A stretch of 63,104 bases of DNA, filler included, from Octopus bimaculoides (Eukaryota), in assembly GCF_001194135.2 (NCBI RefSeq). It is 9 parts of 7 records of this genome, joined end to end, with 100 filler letters (N's around TTAATTAATTAA, not from the genome) between each part and the next. Parts side by side here need not be neighbours in the genome. Positions count along the whole stretch, not along the records: positions 52,428 to 60,745 come from NC_068993.1; positions 60,846 to 63,104 come from NC_069000.1; 7 more parts are not named here. One strand, written 5' to 3'. Both the position numbers and the translations under genes were made by a program. Positions 60,283-63,104 of this stretch are shown piece after piece (the first letter of the stretch is position 1; each line of letters opens with the position of its first letter). Below the pieces are notes generated by a model. That model ran no database searches. It was given only the letters and a program-made list of their open reading frames with translations, and was not told where the DNA came from.

Positions 60283-61344
60283 ATATGTATATATATATAT
60301 GTGTGTGTGTGTGCGCGCGCTCGTGTGTGTGTGCATATACATATATGCATGTATGCATGTATGTAAATATAAATGCGTGTATATGTGTGTGTACGTATAC
60401 ATAGAATGCACACACATGTATATATACATATATGTGTGTGTGTGTGTGTGCGTGTGTGTGTGTACAGGCATCAATATATATATGCATGCATATATGTACA
60501 TATATGTAGTATTTATACAGGGGAAAACTTAAACGCACACTTTATATATACACACGTACACAGCATAGACTAACATACACACACACTCACACACACACAC
60601 TTACACACACACATATGTAGATATGTATTTTGAATCACACTTGCATAACACAAACACAAGCATAACCAACATACACATACAAACACAGAGATCTTTTCTT
60701 ATCGACACATACGAATGAAAATGGAAATGTCATTCAGATATCGTCNNNNNNNNNNNNNNNNNNNNNNNNNNNNNNNNNNNNNNNNNNNNTTAATTAATTA
60801 ANNNNNNNNNNNNNNNNNNNNNNNNNNNNNNNNNNNNNNNNNNNNATATAAATATGCATGTATGTATGTATATGCACACAGGCTTTGAGACGCGTATATA
60901 TATATGTATATATATATATGTATATATTCATACATACACATATATATATATGCGTCTGGAGATACACATATACGTGTTAAATGCTCCTTGTATGTATGTA
61001 TGTATGCATGCATGTATTATGTATGTATGTATGTATGTATGTATGTATGTATGTATGTATGTATGTATGTATGTACGTTTACGCAATAAACTGAAATATA
61101 TACAGGCATGCACTACGTTACGGAAACGCTGCACTCCCGAACGCGCTTCGATAAGGGAAATTCCGTAAAGTCAAACCTATTTTCTATTGATTTTCATGCT
61201 TTTTAGAAGTCTGTGAGAAACAGATTTTTCGTTACGGAATCCCAATTTCGCGCCAAACTTTCCTAACGCTGTCACTGCATGATATATGTGGTTGTTTGAG
61301 GCCTGGTCATCCACTATTTCTTCCTTAACTGTTTATATTTCTAA

Positions 61345-61429
61345 AATTTACCTGACGATGGCGGGTTTTGGCCATGATGTAATCTAAGAATTCATTAATA
61401 AAATGTTGCCGAAAGATCTGTTGTGAATT
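61345..61429 (+). ncRNA. Hammerhead-like motif with long helix II loop and aberrant helix III
   Basis: AAUUUAC-CUGACGA-U-GGCGG..UUGCC-GAAA-GAUCUG-UU-GUGAAUU; 7-bp helix I. Confidence 0.45.
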
Positions 61430-61507
61430 TTGAACCTCTTGTGTTCTGACCGAAGCTTACTTATGCTCAATTTCTTCTTTCTCCTACGTTCTTTATGTAA
61501 AGTAATA

Positions 61508-61770
61508 AAAAATAAAATAAATGCGCCCTTTTAAATCCTAGCCAGGCTCATGGGCCCGGTTTCCCGGTTTCAATGGCGTATGTGTTCCCCAGCTGGACGG
61601 GACGCCAGTCCATCGCAGCGTGACTCATTTTTGCCAGCTGAGTGGACTGGAGCAACGTGAAATGAAGTGTTTTGCTCAAAAAACACAACGCGTCGCCCGG
61701 TCCAGGAATCGAAACCACACTCTTACGATCATGATGCTGACACCCTAACCACTAAGCCACGCGCCTCCAC
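61508..61770 (-). mobile_element. SINE family D, full length, 14-bp TSD TATGTAAAGTAATA (61494-61507 / 61771-61784)
   Basis: tRNA-like head GTGGAGGCGCGTGGCTTAGTGGTTAGG..GGTTTCGATTCC; GCGATGGACTGGCGTCCCGTCCAG resembles the V-SINE V-domain (recalled); (TTTTA)n tail. Confidence 0.9.
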
Positions 61771-62619
61771 TATGTAAAGTAATATTGATTAATAATTGTT
61801 CTCTACAACCACACGAACTTTTTAGTGCCCTTTCTTTATATCTTACAGTTAAAGCTTTTTATGATGTGGACAAGTTAAATGTCAGCAGATTTCGTGGCTC
61901 AGAGTTTCGTCAGGCTTGCTTTTTCTTTTTTCTCTTTTAATCGCTTAGTCAGAGGTAGAAGCGCTTATGACCCTTATTTGATAGTACCCCTGACTGAATC
62001 AGACTTGTATGTTTGTAATAGACTGGACTTGGACAAAACCATTCAAATACCATGTGGCTTCCACGACGTATTGCTACACAGATATTGTCTATCAAATATA
62101 GTTCACAAGGCTTTGGTCGATTCGACGCAACCGCAAAAGTCGCTTGCCTAAGGTTTCATAGAGCTGCACCAAACTCCAAAACATTTAGTTTCGAAGGAAA
62201 CTTGTTAGCTAGACAGCGATAACTATTTCGCCCCTCTCAGGAATTAGGAGACTTTTTCTCTTCCGTGTAGAGTTTTCTATTATATCACTGATCATAGAAT
62301 ATGTTTGCACATACATTGTGCATTCTTGTAGATATTTTAACAAGAAACTTGGTTCGTTACCATTTCCTATTGTTCCTTAATAGCTCATTTTCTGTAGTGT
62401 TTTGGGGTTTCTTCTTGAGTTGTTTTTCTTCCAAATACTGTCCAGGTGCTGCGATTCTTATGTGGAACATTCTCGATCGAGGTGTCTCTATTCATTGCCG
62501 ATATTCCTCACCAAAATATTATCTTCTTATTTGTTGTTAACGTTCCATAGATTTTCGTATTGCTTCAGTTTTTGCTGAAAGTTATTGAGGTTGAAGTTGA
62601 ACCCTGGGCGCAGCTTTAC

Positions 62620-63010
62620 CAAATAGTTAAGAAGTTTGCTTCGCCATTACGAGATCTGGGCTTACATCCCTTTGCAGGTCATCTTGGATAAATGTCTTTC
62701 TCTGTTACCTTGGGCCAACCAAAGCCATGTGAGTGAAACTGGGTACATAGAAATTGTGTAAAACTCATAGGATGAATTGTAGCTGTAATTCAAAGGTATA
62801 GCCCTGTCGCACAATCGATAGAGCGCCACAAGAAATAGTTCCTAGTCCTTTTCAAGATAATTTACATTCTGAGTTCAAATTCCGCCGAAGTCGACCATGC
62901 TTTTAATCTTTTCAGGATCTATAAAATAAAGTCCCAGTCGCAGAATGAGGTCACCAGTATCGACGAATCTCTTCTACTAAAAAATATTGATCTTGTACCT
63001 AAAATATATT
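62620..63010 (+). mobile_element. Decayed SINE A head (62620-62770) and SINE B (62825-63010) ending in (ATT)n/(ATC)n
   Basis: CTTGGATAAATGTCTT..GGCCAACCAAAGCCATGTGAGTG; TTCTGAGTTCAAATTCCGCCGAAGTCGAC. Confidence 0.65.
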
Positions 63011-63031
63011 ATTATTATTATTATTATCATT

Positions 63032-63062
<31 letters not shown>

Positions 63063-63063
63063 G

Positions 63064-63104
<41 letters not shown>

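Noticed and set aside
62330-62590. Possible very old R4-like RLE C-terminus on the minus strand
   Set aside because: Only two short motifs (KLKQYENL, TLQKM..GT) are recognisable; too decayed to call

Overview
AT-rich, repeat-saturated eukaryotic DNA from a fragmented draft assembly. The SINE families and microsatellite density point to an octopod cephalopod (inference from recognised repeats, not from a search). There are many N gaps, eight of which carry an artificial TTAATTAATTAA linker. No complete protein-coding gene is present: nearly all ORF-track entries are translated microsatellites or gaps, or antisense/remnant frames of retroelements. Supported content: four tRNA-derived SINE families (my labels A-D) including two reciprocal chimeras; decayed RTE, L1/Tx1, R4/Dong-like, HERO-like and Penelope-like (PLE) retroelements, mostly on the minus strand; a Tigger/pogo remnant; hAT and palindromic MITEs; a tRNA-Thr-like pseudogene between 26-bp direct repeats; and a few candidate host exons. 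The most notable signal is a set of minimal type I hammerhead ribozyme motifs with palindromic helix III, as known from PLEs. One is intact in a (TA)n-anchored ~150-bp repeat family (37758-37794), and a mirrored pair sits inside a ~165-bp inverted repeat (51763-52105). Other points of interest: a PHD finger embedded in an RTE reverse transcriptase, and chains of R4/Dong-like LINEs stacked in (TAA)n tracts and SINE tails. All alignments and translations were done by eye; repeat boundaries are approximate.
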